Shown here piece after piece: positions 39,702 through 49,583 of a stretch of DNA of 64,000 nucleotides; the stretch's first letter is position 1, and every line of letters begins with the position of its first letter. The stretch lies in contig CAXBME010000010.1 in the NCBI GenBank assembly GCA_963976765.1, forward strand, positions 124,001-188,000, given 5' to 3'. The notes under the pieces were generated by a model. The model saw only the letters and a list, made by a program, of their open reading frames with translations. It was not told the DNA's origin and did not search any database. Both the position numbers and the translations under genes were made by a program. Source of the DNA: an uncultured Planctomycetaceae bacterium (GTDB taxonomy: Bacteria; Planctomycetota; Planctomycetia; Planctomycetales; Planctomycetaceae).

Positions 39702-40984
39702 CATTTTTTAGAACGACTCACAAACTAATTAGCAACCGCCAGACCGCTGATTGTTTCGGCTCGAACAACTGGCTGTGGGTTGTGGCTCTCATGTTTTCGC
39801 TGATTGCTGAGCCGACAAGAGCGGATGAGCCGTTCGCCAGCTTCGATCGGCGAATTGGAGATTTCATCAAGGAGCACGAGGTTCCTGGAGTCTCGATTGC
39901 TGTCACGAATCGAGGCCGCGTCGTCTTTGCCAAAGGGTATGGGTTCTCGGATGTCGCGATGGGGGAACCTGTTCGACCAGAAAGTCTGTTCCGCATCGCC
40001 AGTATTTCGAAACCGATTACCGCCGTCGCGATTCTGCAATTGATCGAGCAGAAGAAACTGAACCTCGATGATAAAGTGTTCGAGGTGCTCGACTTCGAGG
40101 ACGACATCAAAGCCGCCGGAGACGACTTCGAAACGCGGCTGCGGGACATCACAATTCGGCATCTTCTGGAACATCGTAGCGGCTGGGATCGCGATCTTTC
40201 CTTCGACGCGATGTTTCAGTCGGTTCGCTTTGCGGAGCAGGTTGGAGTTCCCGCTCCGGCTGAACAGACGGTGATTATCAAATCAATGCTCACGCAGAAG
40301 CTCGACTTCGATCCGGGCGAACGGTATGCGTATTCCAACTTCGGCTACTGCCTGCTCGGGCGAGTGATCGAAAATCTCAGCGGCCAGACCTACGAAGCGT
40401 ACGTCAAACAAAACGTGCTCGCCCCGCTTGGAGTGACCACAATGCGAATCGGCGCGACCAGGCTCGAAGGTCGAGCAGAAAACGAAGTCCGCTACTACCA
40501 CCCCGGAAACGGGAAGTCAGTCTTCGAGAAAGATCTTGGTCAGGACGTACCGCATCCGTATGGAACGTGGAATCTGGAGGCGATGGATTCTCACGGCGGA
40601 TGGATTGCATCGGCCACCGATCTGGCAAAGTTTGCAGCGGCGTTCGACGACCCTGGCAACTGTCCAATCCTCGGCCGAGAAAGTATCGAGCTGATGCATC
40701 GCCGCCCGCCGGGCCTCGCGGGTCACGAAAAAGACGGATCGAAGAAGGACGTGTATTACTCACTCGGCTGGTCGAATCGCGTCCTCAGCGGCGAAAGGCT
40801 TAATCACTGGCACACAGGTTCGTTGCCAGGAACTGCCACCATTCTCATTCGCCGGCACGATGGCCGAAATTTTGTTGCCTTGCTCAACAGTCGAGTCAGC
40901 CGGTCAGCGGACCACCTTGGACGAGCCATTGACAGTCTGCTTCACAAAGCCGCCGACGAAGTCACCGACTGGCCGAAGGAGTAA
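39698..40984 (+). CDS. Serine hydrolase, beta-lactamase/AmpC-like family
   Basis: FRIASISK (SxxK), YSNFGY (YxN), HTGSLPG; ATGA overlap with the upstream gene. Confidence 0.92.
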   Translation: MTFFRTTHKLISNRQTADCFGSNNWLWVVALMFSLIAEPTRADEPFASFDRRIGDFIKEHEVPGVSIAVTNRGRVVFAKGYGFSDVAMGEPVRPESLFRIASISKPITAVAILQLIEQKKLNLDDKVFEVLDFEDDIKAAGDDFETRLRDITIRHLLEHRSGWDRDLSFDAMFQSVRFAEQVGVPAPAEQTVIIKSMLTQKLDFDPGERYAYSNFGYCLLGRVIENLSGQTYEAYVKQNVLAPLGVTTMRIGATRLEGRAENEVRYYHPGNGKSVFEKDLGQDVPHPYGTWNLEAMDSHGGWIASATDLAKFAAAFDDPGNCPILGRESIELMHRRPPGLAGHEKDGSKKDVYYSLGWSNRVLSGERLNHWHTGSLPGTATILIRRHDGRNFVALLNSRVSRSADHLGRAIDSLLHKAADEVTDWPKE

Positions 40985-41021
40985 GCAATAGCGGTTTTCG
41001 TAACGTTCGCCGCTTTCTCGT

Positions 41022-41849
41022 TCAGGCACTGGCCGGTTTCGCCAGGATGACTTCGCGAAGAGAGGCAAAGTATTCGATTGGTTTCGCGAAGAATTGCTCG
41101 GGCAGCACGTCGTAGTTCCGTAAAGCCTGCTCGACGTTTTCCCAGCCGACATCGGCGGCGACCTTAAAGGCGGCCTGGCCTTTGGCGATTCGGTCTTCCT
41201 GATTTGCGAAATTTCGAAACATGAACGGTCGGCGAAAATAGGCAAAGCTGACCACCGGTCGCAGAGCGATGGTCCGAAGCAACGGCCAGTCGAACTCAGC
41301 GACGGCCTTTTCGATGGTGGGTCCGACGATGTGCTGCTGCTCGCTGAGAAAATGAGCGGTGAAGATTTCTCGCCGTTCGGCGTCGGTCAGCTCGACGCCC
41401 CTTTCGTTGGCAGTGTGAATTCGGTTGAGAGCCTGAAGCAGGTCGGCTGGAACGACCTTCGCCGCGTCAGGATGCCGACCGTAACGTTTCGTGAAATGAA
41501 AGTTTGCATAAACGTCGACGCAGACTCGACGATTGATATCTCGAAAGACGTTGGCGAACTCTTCGAGTTTCACCAGCTTGCTTCGACGAGCTTCAGCGTT
41601 AAACGCGTACTGCCACGAAAGAACCTTCCCCAGCTTCATGCCAAAGCTGAACCAGCTTCTGGCCCACAACGCTCCGTGAGCAGCGATCAACGGAAAGATG
41701 TGATTGCCGCCGGACTCTTTAAAGACGTGATGGTAAACGGTGGCTCGTTGGGAAAGGTCGTTCAATCCGCCAGCAAGGCGGAGTCCATCTGCGTGGAATC
41801 TTTCGAAAGCCTTCCGAAGTTCGTCGAGTGTGGTCGTTGCTGCTGTCAT
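41022..41849 (-). CDS. Hypothetical protein
   Basis: Protein-like ORF (RATVYHHVF...FPLIAAHGALWAR); family not recognised. Confidence 0.7.
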   Translation of the reverse strand: MTAATTTLDELRKAFERFHADGLRLAGGLNDLSQRATVYHHVFKESGGNHIFPLIAAHGALWARSWFSFGMKLGKVLSWQYAFNAEARRSKLVKLEEFANVFRDINRRVCVDVYANFHFTKRYGRHPDAAKVVPADLLQALNRIHTANERGVELTDAERREIFTAHFLSEQQHIVGPTIEKAVAEFDWPLLRTIALRPVVSFAYFRRPFMFRNFANQEDRIAKGQAAFKVAADVGWENVEQALRNYDVLPEQFFAKPIEYFASLREVILAKPASA

Positions 41850-42138
41850 TTGCCTGGTCCTTCGCAAGGGCTGAAAGTTGTTGCGTTAGACAGCTGACCG
41901 CAGTCGACAAGGGCGATTAACCAGGAATGTGAAATTTGTTTCTCGCTCAGAGAATCAGGAGACTGAAACGTCGGCAGTTTGCCGTGTCATTCGAATCCGC
42001 ACGACGTGACAAGTTGAATCTCGATCCATGCTGGCTCTGATGAGAATGCAGAATTCGTGCCCCAACACAAATTCGCCCGGAACCATATCGTAGGTTTGAA
42101 GGCGACTTTGCGAACGTCTTTAGAGTTGGAGTTCTAAC

Positions 42139-42984
42139 GTGCCTCTACTTACCTGCCCGAGTTGCCACGGCAGCTTGAACGTCGAATCTCTTCAGGAAAT
42201 TCCTGTCTGGTGCTCGAAATGCGGCGCCGATTTACCTCGAGATCCATCGGCATATTTCAAGGAAGAAACAGAACCATCGATGCCGGCGTTTCAGGAAGCA
42301 CGGTCGCAGGTTCGATCGTTCGAAGAGATTTTTGCGGAACCTGAGTTGCTTCAGTCCATGCCGGGTAAACGAGGATCAAACCCCACTCCGGCGACAGAAG
42401 CCCCACCCGACCAGATTGCCTTGCAGGTGCAGGAGGTGCTTCGATCGGCAGGGCTGCCAGGTGCGACGACGCTGGCAAGCGATTCGAAGCACTCGATTAA
42501 CAACGACGAAAGATTCTCGAAACACAACCTGCTGGCAGGACTGTTGCTGGCGTTCTGGGGCGTCGGAGCGAGCCTGTTTCTGGGAGCGGGCGGTGGGAGC
42601 GGTCATGAATCGATTGATTCCACAGCCGACTTTCTGCAAATGATGATCGTGATTTCCGGCATCGCGTTGTTCATCAGCGGCCTTGGAATCCGCGAAGGTG
42701 AGAAGTGGGGCTATCAACTCGCTCAGGTCTGTGCTGGTTTTCAGATTCTGTGCGGACTGTTTTTTATCGTCACCTGGCAACAGCTTCGCGCAGCATCTGT
42801 CACCGTTGAAGAAGCAGTGGCAGTAACGACGTTTGTTCGAGTAAATCTGGACCTGCTGATCGGACTCGTCGACGGAGCTGGGCTTGCCCTGTTTCTTTTA
42901 AGGCTCCACAGCAAAGAACGCGTTCAACAAAGCGAGCAACGGAGTCGGCAGCGCTTCACGGCAATCTTTCCTGAGCAGGCATGA
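42139..42984 (+). CDS. Zn-ribbon-containing membrane protein
   Basis: N-terminal CPSC..CSKC, four C-terminal TM helices, GGAG SD before GTG. Confidence 0.75.
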   Translation: MPLLTCPSCHGSLNVESLQEIPVWCSKCGADLPRDPSAYFKEETEPSMPAFQEARSQVRSFEEIFAEPELLQSMPGKRGSNPTPATEAPPDQIALQVQEVLRSAGLPGATTLASDSKHSINNDERFSKHNLLAGLLLAFWGVGASLFLGAGGGSGHESIDSTADFLQMMIVISGIALFISGLGIREGEKWGYQLAQVCAGFQILCGLFFIVTWQQLRAASVTVEEAVAVTTFVRVNLDLLIGLVDGAGLALFLLRLHSKERVQQSEQRSRQRFTAIFPEQA

Positions 42985-43000
42985 TCATTCTGGAGAATCG

Positions 43001-43077
43001 GTGTGCCACTGTCTTTGCCAGTGCCAGGTCACAGAAGACTCGAAAATGTATTTTCACTGGCGGAGCCAGTGGCACAC
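43001..43077. repeat. Paired palindromic repeat, GTGTGCCACTGG family
   Basis: GTGTGCCACTGTCTTTGCCAGTG...CACTGGCGGAGCCAGTGGCACAC; second element at 47622. Confidence 0.8.
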
Positions 43078-43179
43078 TTTACGGATCAGACTTTCGGTGC
43101 CAGAGTTCTGAGAATGTCGTGATGCAGACTTTCTGTGTGACGCTACTGACAGAATTCTGATTGCTTTCGAAAGTTGACC

Positions 43180-44130
43180 ATGCCGCTCGATCCTCAGGCG
43201 AAGGCGTTTCTTGAACAGTCTCCGCCAGCTCCGCCGTTTGCCCACGACATCGCATCGATCAATGAGATTCGTAAGCTCACTGCGCGACTGGAAGGCGATC
43301 CCGAACCCGTCATGAATGTTGAAGATCGCGTCGTGCCAGGTCAGGAAGGCGGTGTCGATGTTCCCGTCCGGATCTATTGGCCAGGCGGCACGGATGAGTC
43401 GGAGTCTCCCAAAGCGGGCCTGGTCTTCTTTCATGGTGGCGGTTGGGTGCTGGGAAATCTCGACGCCTACGATCACCTCTGCCATTCCCTGGCCAACGCC
43501 GGAGACTGCGTTGTGGTGTCGGTCGATTATCGGCTCGCCCCTGAAAACCGATTTCCCGCTGCGGCTGAAGATTGTTACGCGGCGACCGGCTGGACGGCTC
43601 AGCATGCCGACGAGCTGGGCATCGATCCAAAGCGGATTGTCGTTGGAGGCGACAGCGCCGGGGGGAATCTTGCCGCCGTCGTCAGCCTGATGGATCGTGA
43701 CCGGGGAACATCCCACGTTGCGTATCAGGTTTTGATTTACCCGATCACCGACTCCAATCTGGAAACGCCTTCGTACCTCGAAAACGGCCAGGGTTACTTC
43801 CTCACCACCGAGCGGATGGCGTGGTTCTGGGATCTGTACTTGAACGACCCATCCGAGGCGTCCAACCCGTACGCGGCGCCGCTGCAGGCCGAATCGCTGG
43901 CAGGACTCCCGCCGGCTTATGTGATGACTGCCGAGTTTGATCCGCTGCTGTCCGAGGGCAATGCCTACGCTGAGCGGCTTGAGGCGGCGGGCGTCCCGGT
44001 CGAGCGGGAACTCTACGACGGGCAGATTCACGGTTTTGTGCGTCGTATCGATCTTTATGACCGAGCAACTGTCGCCATCAACCGGATCGGCCGATTGATC
44101 CGTAGATTGAGCGATCACGGCAACGATTGA
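43180..44130 (+). CDS. HSL-family (family IV) esterase/lipase
   Basis: HGGGW, DYRLAPE, GDSAGG, DPL, HGF. Confidence 0.95.
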   Translation: MPLDPQAKAFLEQSPPAPPFAHDIASINEIRKLTARLEGDPEPVMNVEDRVVPGQEGGVDVPVRIYWPGGTDESESPKAGLVFFHGGGWVLGNLDAYDHLCHSLANAGDCVVVSVDYRLAPENRFPAAAEDCYAATGWTAQHADELGIDPKRIVVGGDSAGGNLAAVVSLMDRDRGTSHVAYQVLIYPITDSNLETPSYLENGQGYFLTTERMAWFWDLYLNDPSEASNPYAAPLQAESLAGLPPAYVMTAEFDPLLSEGNAYAERLEAAGVPVERELYDGQIHGFVRRIDLYDRATVAINRIGRLIRRLSDHGND

Positions 44131-44275
44131 TCACACTCAGCCCGGTGGCGTGCCGAGAATCATATTGCCCCAACCCGGTAGCTGCTTTAAAGTTGGGACT
44201 TGTTTCAGGCGACACGACGATGCTGGCAAGGAAGCCTTATCTGTTTACGTGTCTCCAGTTGTGGGTGCATTTGCC

Positions 44276-44857
44276 GTGGCCCTTACCGAAATTGATCGAA
44301 GTCTGTTGAAGCGTTGCCTGGCTGAAGAGCCCGGTGCGTGGAAAGACTTTGTAGATCGATTCATCGGATTGTTCATTCACGTCATCAATCACACCGCCCA
44401 TGCCCGCAGTGCTCAGCTCGTTCCGGACGATGTTGACGACCTGTGTGCTGAGGTCTTTGTGACGCTCCTGGCCGACGACATGGCGATTCTGAAACGCTTC
44501 CGTGGGAAGTCTTCACTGGCCACTTATCTGACGGTCATTTCGCGGCGGATCGTCGTTCGGCAAATCGCGCAAAGACGTCTGGCCAAAGAATTCGGGCACG
44601 TAGCTGCCCATCAGTCCTCAATCGACCAGGCCAAGGCCAACGCAAACTGGGGGGTGAAACGGATCGACGACAACGACCAGGTCGAACGAATGCTGCGGGA
44701 TCTGCCTGAAAACGACGCGTCGATCGTCCGGCAATTCCATCTTGAAGGCCGCTCGTACCGCGAGATCAGTTCGAGACTCGGCGTGCCGGAAAACTCGATC
44801 GGACCAACCCTCAGCCGAGCCCGCGACCGCCTGAGAAACGAGACGTCGCCGAGCTGA
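44276..44857 (+). CDS. ECF sigma factor
   Basis: AWKDFVDRF, DDLCAEVF, SSLATYL, SYREISSRLGVPENSIGPTLSRAR; start refined to GTG 44276. Confidence 0.9.
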   Translation: MALTEIDRSLLKRCLAEEPGAWKDFVDRFIGLFIHVINHTAHARSAQLVPDDVDDLCAEVFVTLLADDMAILKRFRGKSSLATYLTVISRRIVVRQIAQRRLAKEFGHVAAHQSSIDQAKANANWGVKRIDDNDQVERMLRDLPENDASIVRQFHLEGRSYREISSRLGVPENSIGPTLSRARDRLRNETSPS

Positions 44858-44883
44858 TCTCTCAAGAGTGGGTGTCTGACCGT

Positions 44884-44933
44884 GCCTTACGCGCGAATGT
44901 CAGGCGAAGCCTTACGCGCGAATGTCAGGCGAA
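44884..44933. repeat. Perfect 25-bp tandem duplication
   Basis: GCCTTACGCGCGAATGTCAGGCGAA x2. Confidence 0.9.
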
Positions 44934-44953
44934 ATGCCGGCATCACCGACACG

Positions 44954-45442
44954 TCACTGCACGAAGGCGACATAGTAAAACCAAAGCCCCGTCACCGATG
45001 TCAGCGTCAGATCAATCACTGACGCCCAGCCGAGTTTCTTGTGCAACGGGCTGTGATCACTCGGAGCCGGCGGTTTCGGCATCCGCTTCAGGGCGAGCAC
45101 AATCGTCACGGCCCAGAGAATCGGGCTGCTCACGGCAAACACCAGGTGAATCCACAGAACCTGTCGCACCGATTGAAGCTGCTCGGCGTTCAGCGGGACT
45201 TCCCGCTTGGCAACGACATTCTGCCAGCCACCCTGAATCATCTGCATATCGACTTCGAACGCTCCGACGGCAATCAATAGAACGACCGCCAGTCCGAGCT
45301 GCAGGTTCCGATGAGCGACGTACTTTGCTTTGAACTTGACCAGGTAAATGCTGAGCACGAGAGCCGGCACAACCGCCGCCAGCGCGCAGACCACGAAGTC
45401 CAGCATGAAGGACGTTCGAAAACCCAGAAACCCGTCAGCCAT
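44954..45442 (-). CDS. DUF420 family membrane protein
   Basis: Four TM helices with conserved His (HRNLQ, IHLVFA, HKKLG). Confidence 0.8.
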   Translation of the reverse strand: MADGFLGFRTSFMLDFVVCALAAVVPALVLSIYLVKFKAKYVAHRNLQLGLAVVLLIAVGAFEVDMQMIQGGWQNVVAKREVPLNAEQLQSVRQVLWIHLVFAVSSPILWAVTIVLALKRMPKPPAPSDHSPLHKKLGWASVIDLTLTSVTGLWFYYVAFVQ

Positions 45443-45587
45443 CAGAAGTCACTCCAGTAGCAAAAACCGTTCGTGCCACGAGATTCCGTAAGCACTCGCG
45501 GGTTGTAGAACGGAGCGGGTATCATTGCCAGACGGAAGTCGGTTACGGCTACGGACTCGCTCGTTCGATCAGCAGATTTTTGGCAGG

Positions 45588-47552
45588 ATGCCCGTGGAAA
45601 ACACCCAAGATCAATGTCCCGGACAGTCAGTAAGTCGATGTGTCACGCCCGCCGAGTGGCTGATCGTCGCGCTCGGAGCGGCGTTGCTGTTTTCGGCGAC
45701 GCTGAATGCCCGGCAGTTGCAGAGTGCCAACGATCGATCGCGGTGGTGCACGGTGTGGTCGCTGGTTGAACGCGGCACGTACCAGATTGACGAGATCGAC
45801 AAGAAGTCCGGCTGGACGACGATCGACAAAGTACTGCACGACGGGCATCTGTACTCGTCAAAGCCTCCGCTTCAGTCCACGGCTGTAGCTGGCGTTTACT
45901 GGATCGTGAAAAACACCTTCGGCCTTGATCTTCTCAAACAGACCGCCGACACGACGCGGCTGATTCTACTGATCGTCAGCTGGCTGCCGATGGTGCTTTC
46001 GTTCGTGGTTCTGGCGAGGCTGCTGGCGGGATCTTCGGAATGCCAAACCGCGAGATTGATCGCACTGGCAACGTTCTGCTGCGGATCGCTGGTGACTGGC
46101 TACGCGACGACACTGAACAATCACTCGGTCGCGGCCACGTGCCTGGTGTTCGCCCTGGCTCCGCTGCTGAGAATTCTCAACGACGAAAGCCGACGCGGTT
46201 CAGACTTCGCTCAAGTTGGATTCTGGGCGGCGATGGTTTGTTGCCATGAGCTGCCGGCCGCGCTGCTGGGTGTTGCGACGTTCGTTCTGCTTTGTCGAAA
46301 GTCCATTCCACAGACGGCGAAGTGGTTTGTCCCTGCCGCGTTGATTCCGCTGGGAGCCTACATCGTAACGAACTACCTGGCGACCGGCGGCTGGAAACCG
46401 TTTTACCTGTTCTACGGAACAGAGAAGTACCTCTACAAAATCGACGGAGTCAAGAGTTACTGGCACACACCACACGGCATGGATCAGAATCTGGATTCGC
46501 CGCTGACGTACTTCTTCCATTGCGTCTTCGGCCACCACGGCATCTTCAGCCTTTCGCCCATTTTTCTGCTGGCGATCGTTCCAGCGCTGCGCATGAAATG
46601 GCTGAGTGGTTCTCGCCTTCGCCCGGCCATCATTCTCGGCGGAATGTTGAGCGTCGCGGTGCTCGGCTTCTACCTCACGCGAACTGCCAACTACAATTAC
46701 GGCGGCAACACGTTCGGTCTGCGCTGGATGATCTGGCTGACTCCATTCTGGGTACTGGCGATGGTGCCGACGCTTGAACGCATTGTCGCTCGACGATCGG
46801 GGCTTGTCGTTTCGTTACTGCTGCTCGGTGTGTCGGTCTACTCCGCCGAATCAGCAACCAGAAACCCGTGGAGTTCTTCCTGGCTCTTTCAGCAGATGGA
46901 GCAGGCTGGCTGGATCGACTACTCGGACCCGCCGCCGCAGTTTCCGTTCAAACGAAGTCTTCACACCTGGTTTGCCACGCTTCCCAACGAAAACGCCGAC
47001 GGAGCCTGGATCGAATTCACCGCCGCTGGCAGTAGCGTTTCTGTCGGTGGAACGCGATCAGACACCCTGCGTCTCTCCAGTCAGGGACGAAAGATGATCG
47101 AAGACGACCTTGTTCAAACCATCAAAGTCGTCTGGAACGAAGGCCGCTTTGATGAGAAGTCAGCGACGTTCGATCTCGACGTACTCGCCTTCGAGGAAGG
47201 AAAAGCGGTTGCCGTTCAGGTTCCAGCCGACCGGGTCGCGCAGTCTGATTTTTCCCGGTTCGAACTGCTGACGCTGCTACGAGGGATCCCGACGGACCGA
47301 GATTACCGACCAGCCACTGAGCGGCACGTCAAAACGACCGTGCGGAACGACGCGTTCCGGTGTCAGCGAGCGGCAACTCAGGACTACCTCAACCAGAAAT
47401 CGACCGGCCAACGCTTCCGCTATCGATGCGAATCCTGGCTGACGGACGAACTCCCGTTTGGTTGTGCTCAGTTTGTCGTTTCAGAATACGATGCCGCGAC
47501 AGGCGAGATGTTCAAGCATCGCCGCTTCACGGTCACAGCGTTCGGTAGATGA
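45588..47552 (+). CDS. Polytopic membrane protein, possibly GT-C glycosyltransferase-like, with soluble C-terminal domain
   Basis: SANDRSR and YSSKPP loop after TM1, many TM helices, YGGNTFGLRW. Confidence 0.65.
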   Translation: MPVENTQDQCPGQSVSRCVTPAEWLIVALGAALLFSATLNARQLQSANDRSRWCTVWSLVERGTYQIDEIDKKSGWTTIDKVLHDGHLYSSKPPLQSTAVAGVYWIVKNTFGLDLLKQTADTTRLILLIVSWLPMVLSFVVLARLLAGSSECQTARLIALATFCCGSLVTGYATTLNNHSVAATCLVFALAPLLRILNDESRRGSDFAQVGFWAAMVCCHELPAALLGVATFVLLCRKSIPQTAKWFVPAALIPLGAYIVTNYLATGGWKPFYLFYGTEKYLYKIDGVKSYWHTPHGMDQNLDSPLTYFFHCVFGHHGIFSLSPIFLLAIVPALRMKWLSGSRLRPAIILGGMLSVAVLGFYLTRTANYNYGGNTFGLRWMIWLTPFWVLAMVPTLERIVARRSGLVVSLLLLGVSVYSAESATRNPWSSSWLFQQMEQAGWIDYSDPPPQFPFKRSLHTWFATLPNENADGAWIEFTAAGSSVSVGGTRSDTLRLSSQGRKMIEDDLVQTIKVVWNEGRFDEKSATFDLDVLAFEEGKAVAVQVPADRVAQSDFSRFELLTLLRGIPTDRDYRPATERHVKTTVRNDAFRCQRAATQDYLNQKSTGQRFRYRCESWLTDELPFGCAQFVVSEYDAATGEMFKHRRFTVTAFGR

Positions 47553-47621
47553 TCGACGAACGGCCCGCTACGCTGGCTGCCTCTGCTCGGGAAACCATCC
47601 GACATGACCTGCGGATACAAA

Positions 47622-47696
47622 GTGTGCCACTGGCTCTGCCAGTGCCTTTCCGTTTGAAGGAGTATTTCCCAGCCACTGGCGAAGCCAGTGGCACAC
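47622..47696. repeat. Paired palindromic repeat, GTGTGCCACTGG family
   Basis: GTGTGCCACTGGCTCTGCCAGTG...CACTGGCGAAGCCAGTGGCACAC. Confidence 0.85.
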
Positions 47697-47761
47697 AAGA
47701 CTTCTATTACTTTTTTCACTGAGCCAACGTGCCGGACTTTCACACAACTTGGGAGATAAAC

Positions 47762-48616
47762 ATGAACCACTTCGCCTCACCCGTTTCACGACGACAGTTT
47801 CTGGCGACATCAGCAGTTGGAGCTGCCACGCTGGCCGGCATTTCTTCGGCATCCGCCGCCGACGCATACGGCGGATTCAAGATGGGAGTTCAGAGTTACT
47901 CGCTGCGAGGTTTCGATGCACCAACCGCACTGAAGCACACAAAAACGCTTGGCCTGAAATACTGGGAGGCTTACCCCAAACACGTTCCAATGGGCACACT
48001 GCCCGATCACGTTGCGAAACAGCGGAAGATGCTCGCCGACGCGGGAGTTCAGTTGATCGCGTACGGCGTACTTGGCTTCGACGGCAACGAAAATAAAGCT
48101 CGCGAAGCCTTCGACTTTGCCAAGGCCATGGGCATCGTCTCGCTGAGTGCGAACCCGAAGAAAGACAACAAGACCTTCGACATGCTCGACAAGCTGTGCG
48201 AGGAGTATCAGGTGGCCATCGCCATTCACAATCACGGGCCGAACGCGCTGTACGACAAGATCAGCGACACGGTCGACATGGTCAAAGACCGTCATCCGCT
48301 GATCGGCGGTTGCGTCGACACGGGGCATTATCTTCGCAGCGATGAATCACCGGTCGAAGCGATCGAGCGACTCGGCAAACGAACGTTCGGCGTCCATCTG
48401 AAAGATGTCAAAACCATTGTCGAAGACGGGAAAAGCAGGAAACACTTCAAGATTCTGGGTGAAGGCGATCTCGACGTGCTCGGCTGCCTGAAGACCCTGA
48501 GGAAGCTGAACTATCAGAACTGCCTGTCACTGGAATACGAAGAAAACCCCAGCAACCCACTGTCGGATATCGAAGTCTGCCTGAAGACCGTTCGCGACGC
48601 GGCTGCCAGGCTGTAG
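47762..48616 (+). CDS. Tat-exported sugar phosphate isomerase/epimerase (xylose isomerase-like TIM barrel)
   Basis: SRRQFL, IHNHG, DTGH, HLKD, LEYE. Confidence 0.9.
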   Translation: MNHFASPVSRRQFLATSAVGAATLAGISSASAADAYGGFKMGVQSYSLRGFDAPTALKHTKTLGLKYWEAYPKHVPMGTLPDHVAKQRKMLADAGVQLIAYGVLGFDGNENKAREAFDFAKAMGIVSLSANPKKDNKTFDMLDKLCEEYQVAIAIHNHGPNALYDKISDTVDMVKDRHPLIGGCVDTGHYLRSDESPVEAIERLGKRTFGVHLKDVKTIVEDGKSRKHFKILGEGDLDVLGCLKTLRKLNYQNCLSLEYEENPSNPLSDIEVCLKTVRDAAARL

Positions 48617-48648
48617 TCCGGTTGTCCGATTAAGTTGACACTTTACGT

Positions 48649-48678
48649 GAGCCGGGCTCGTTGAGCCCGGTTCTTTTT
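48649..48678 (+). terminator. Intrinsic terminator
   Basis: GAGCCGGGCTC-GTT-GAGCCCGGTTC-TTTTT. Confidence 0.8.
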
Positions 48679-48707
48679 CGTGCCTGCCTCAACGTTGGTT
48701 AGTCATC

Positions 48708-49484
48708 ATGCTGAAAATCAAAGAGAAACTCGCCAACAACGAAGTCGTCCGCATGATCGGCGTCGGTCGGTTGATGCATCACAACTTCCTGCAGATTCTC
48801 GGTGTGCAGGGCGGTTTCGACGGGGTCTGGTTTGATCATGAACATTGCGGATTCACGATCGAACAGCTGGAGATTTCGTCGCTAACGACAACCAGCGTGG
48901 GTCTCGAAAACTTTGTTCGTATCGCGCCGACGGATTACGCGCTGGTCACTCGTTGTATGGAAGCGGGTGGTGGCGGTGTGATGGCCGCTCAGATTTTTTC
49001 GGCGGAACAGGCCGAGCAGTTTGTGAAGTGGGCGAAGTTTGCTCCGCGCGGAAATCGCGGGCTGAACGTCGGCGGTCGAGATGGTGGCTTTGCTTCAACT
49101 CCGGCGGCTGAGTTCTGTGAACGAGCCAACCGCGACTCATTCGTCGCGATCCAGATTGAAACTTTGCAATCAGTGGAAGAAGTCGACGCCATCGCCGCGA
49201 TCGACGGTGTCGATTTGCTGTTTGTCGGCCCCGCGGATCTCAGTCAGAGTCTCGGTGTAACCGGTCAGTTCTTTCACCCTGACTGCATCGCCGCTGTTGA
49301 TCGAGTCTCAACGGCCTGCAAAAAACACGGCAAGTCCTGGGGAGCTGTCACGGTCAGCCCGGAACACACCGAGATGTATTACGAGAAAGGTTGCCGACTG
49401 ATCTCGCCGACCAGCGACGCCAAGATCGTCAATGCCGGAATCGCCGCTCTGAAGCAGCAATACGAAGAGCTTTTCTCGATGTAG
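48708..49484 (+). CDS. HpcH/HpaI aldolase family protein
   Basis: FDHEH, KFAPRGNRG, IQIET, LFVGPADLS. Confidence 0.93.
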   Translation: MLKIKEKLANNEVVRMIGVGRLMHHNFLQILGVQGGFDGVWFDHEHCGFTIEQLEISSLTTTSVGLENFVRIAPTDYALVTRCMEAGGGGVMAAQIFSAEQAEQFVKWAKFAPRGNRGLNVGGRDGGFASTPAAEFCERANRDSFVAIQIETLQSVEEVDAIAAIDGVDLLFVGPADLSQSLGVTGQFFHPDCIAAVDRVSTACKKHGKSWGAVTVSPEHTEMYYEKGCRLISPTSDAKIVNAGIAALKQQYEELFSM

Positions 49485-49583
49485 CGATGGTCGATCCAGA
49501 CGGGACGCTCGTCTCGATGGTTGAAAAACTCTTCAACCGGGGTCGCCGAGGCAGGAATGACCAGCCCGGCACGCTGAATCTGA

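Noticed and set aside
43054..44118. Long antisense ORFs (also 37554-38414, 8143-9000, 18521-19339, 59688-60488)
   Set aside because: Shadow frames of well-supported genes in GC-rich DNA
44884..44933. Possible mini-CRISPR
   Set aside because: Only two units, no spacer, no cas genes in the window
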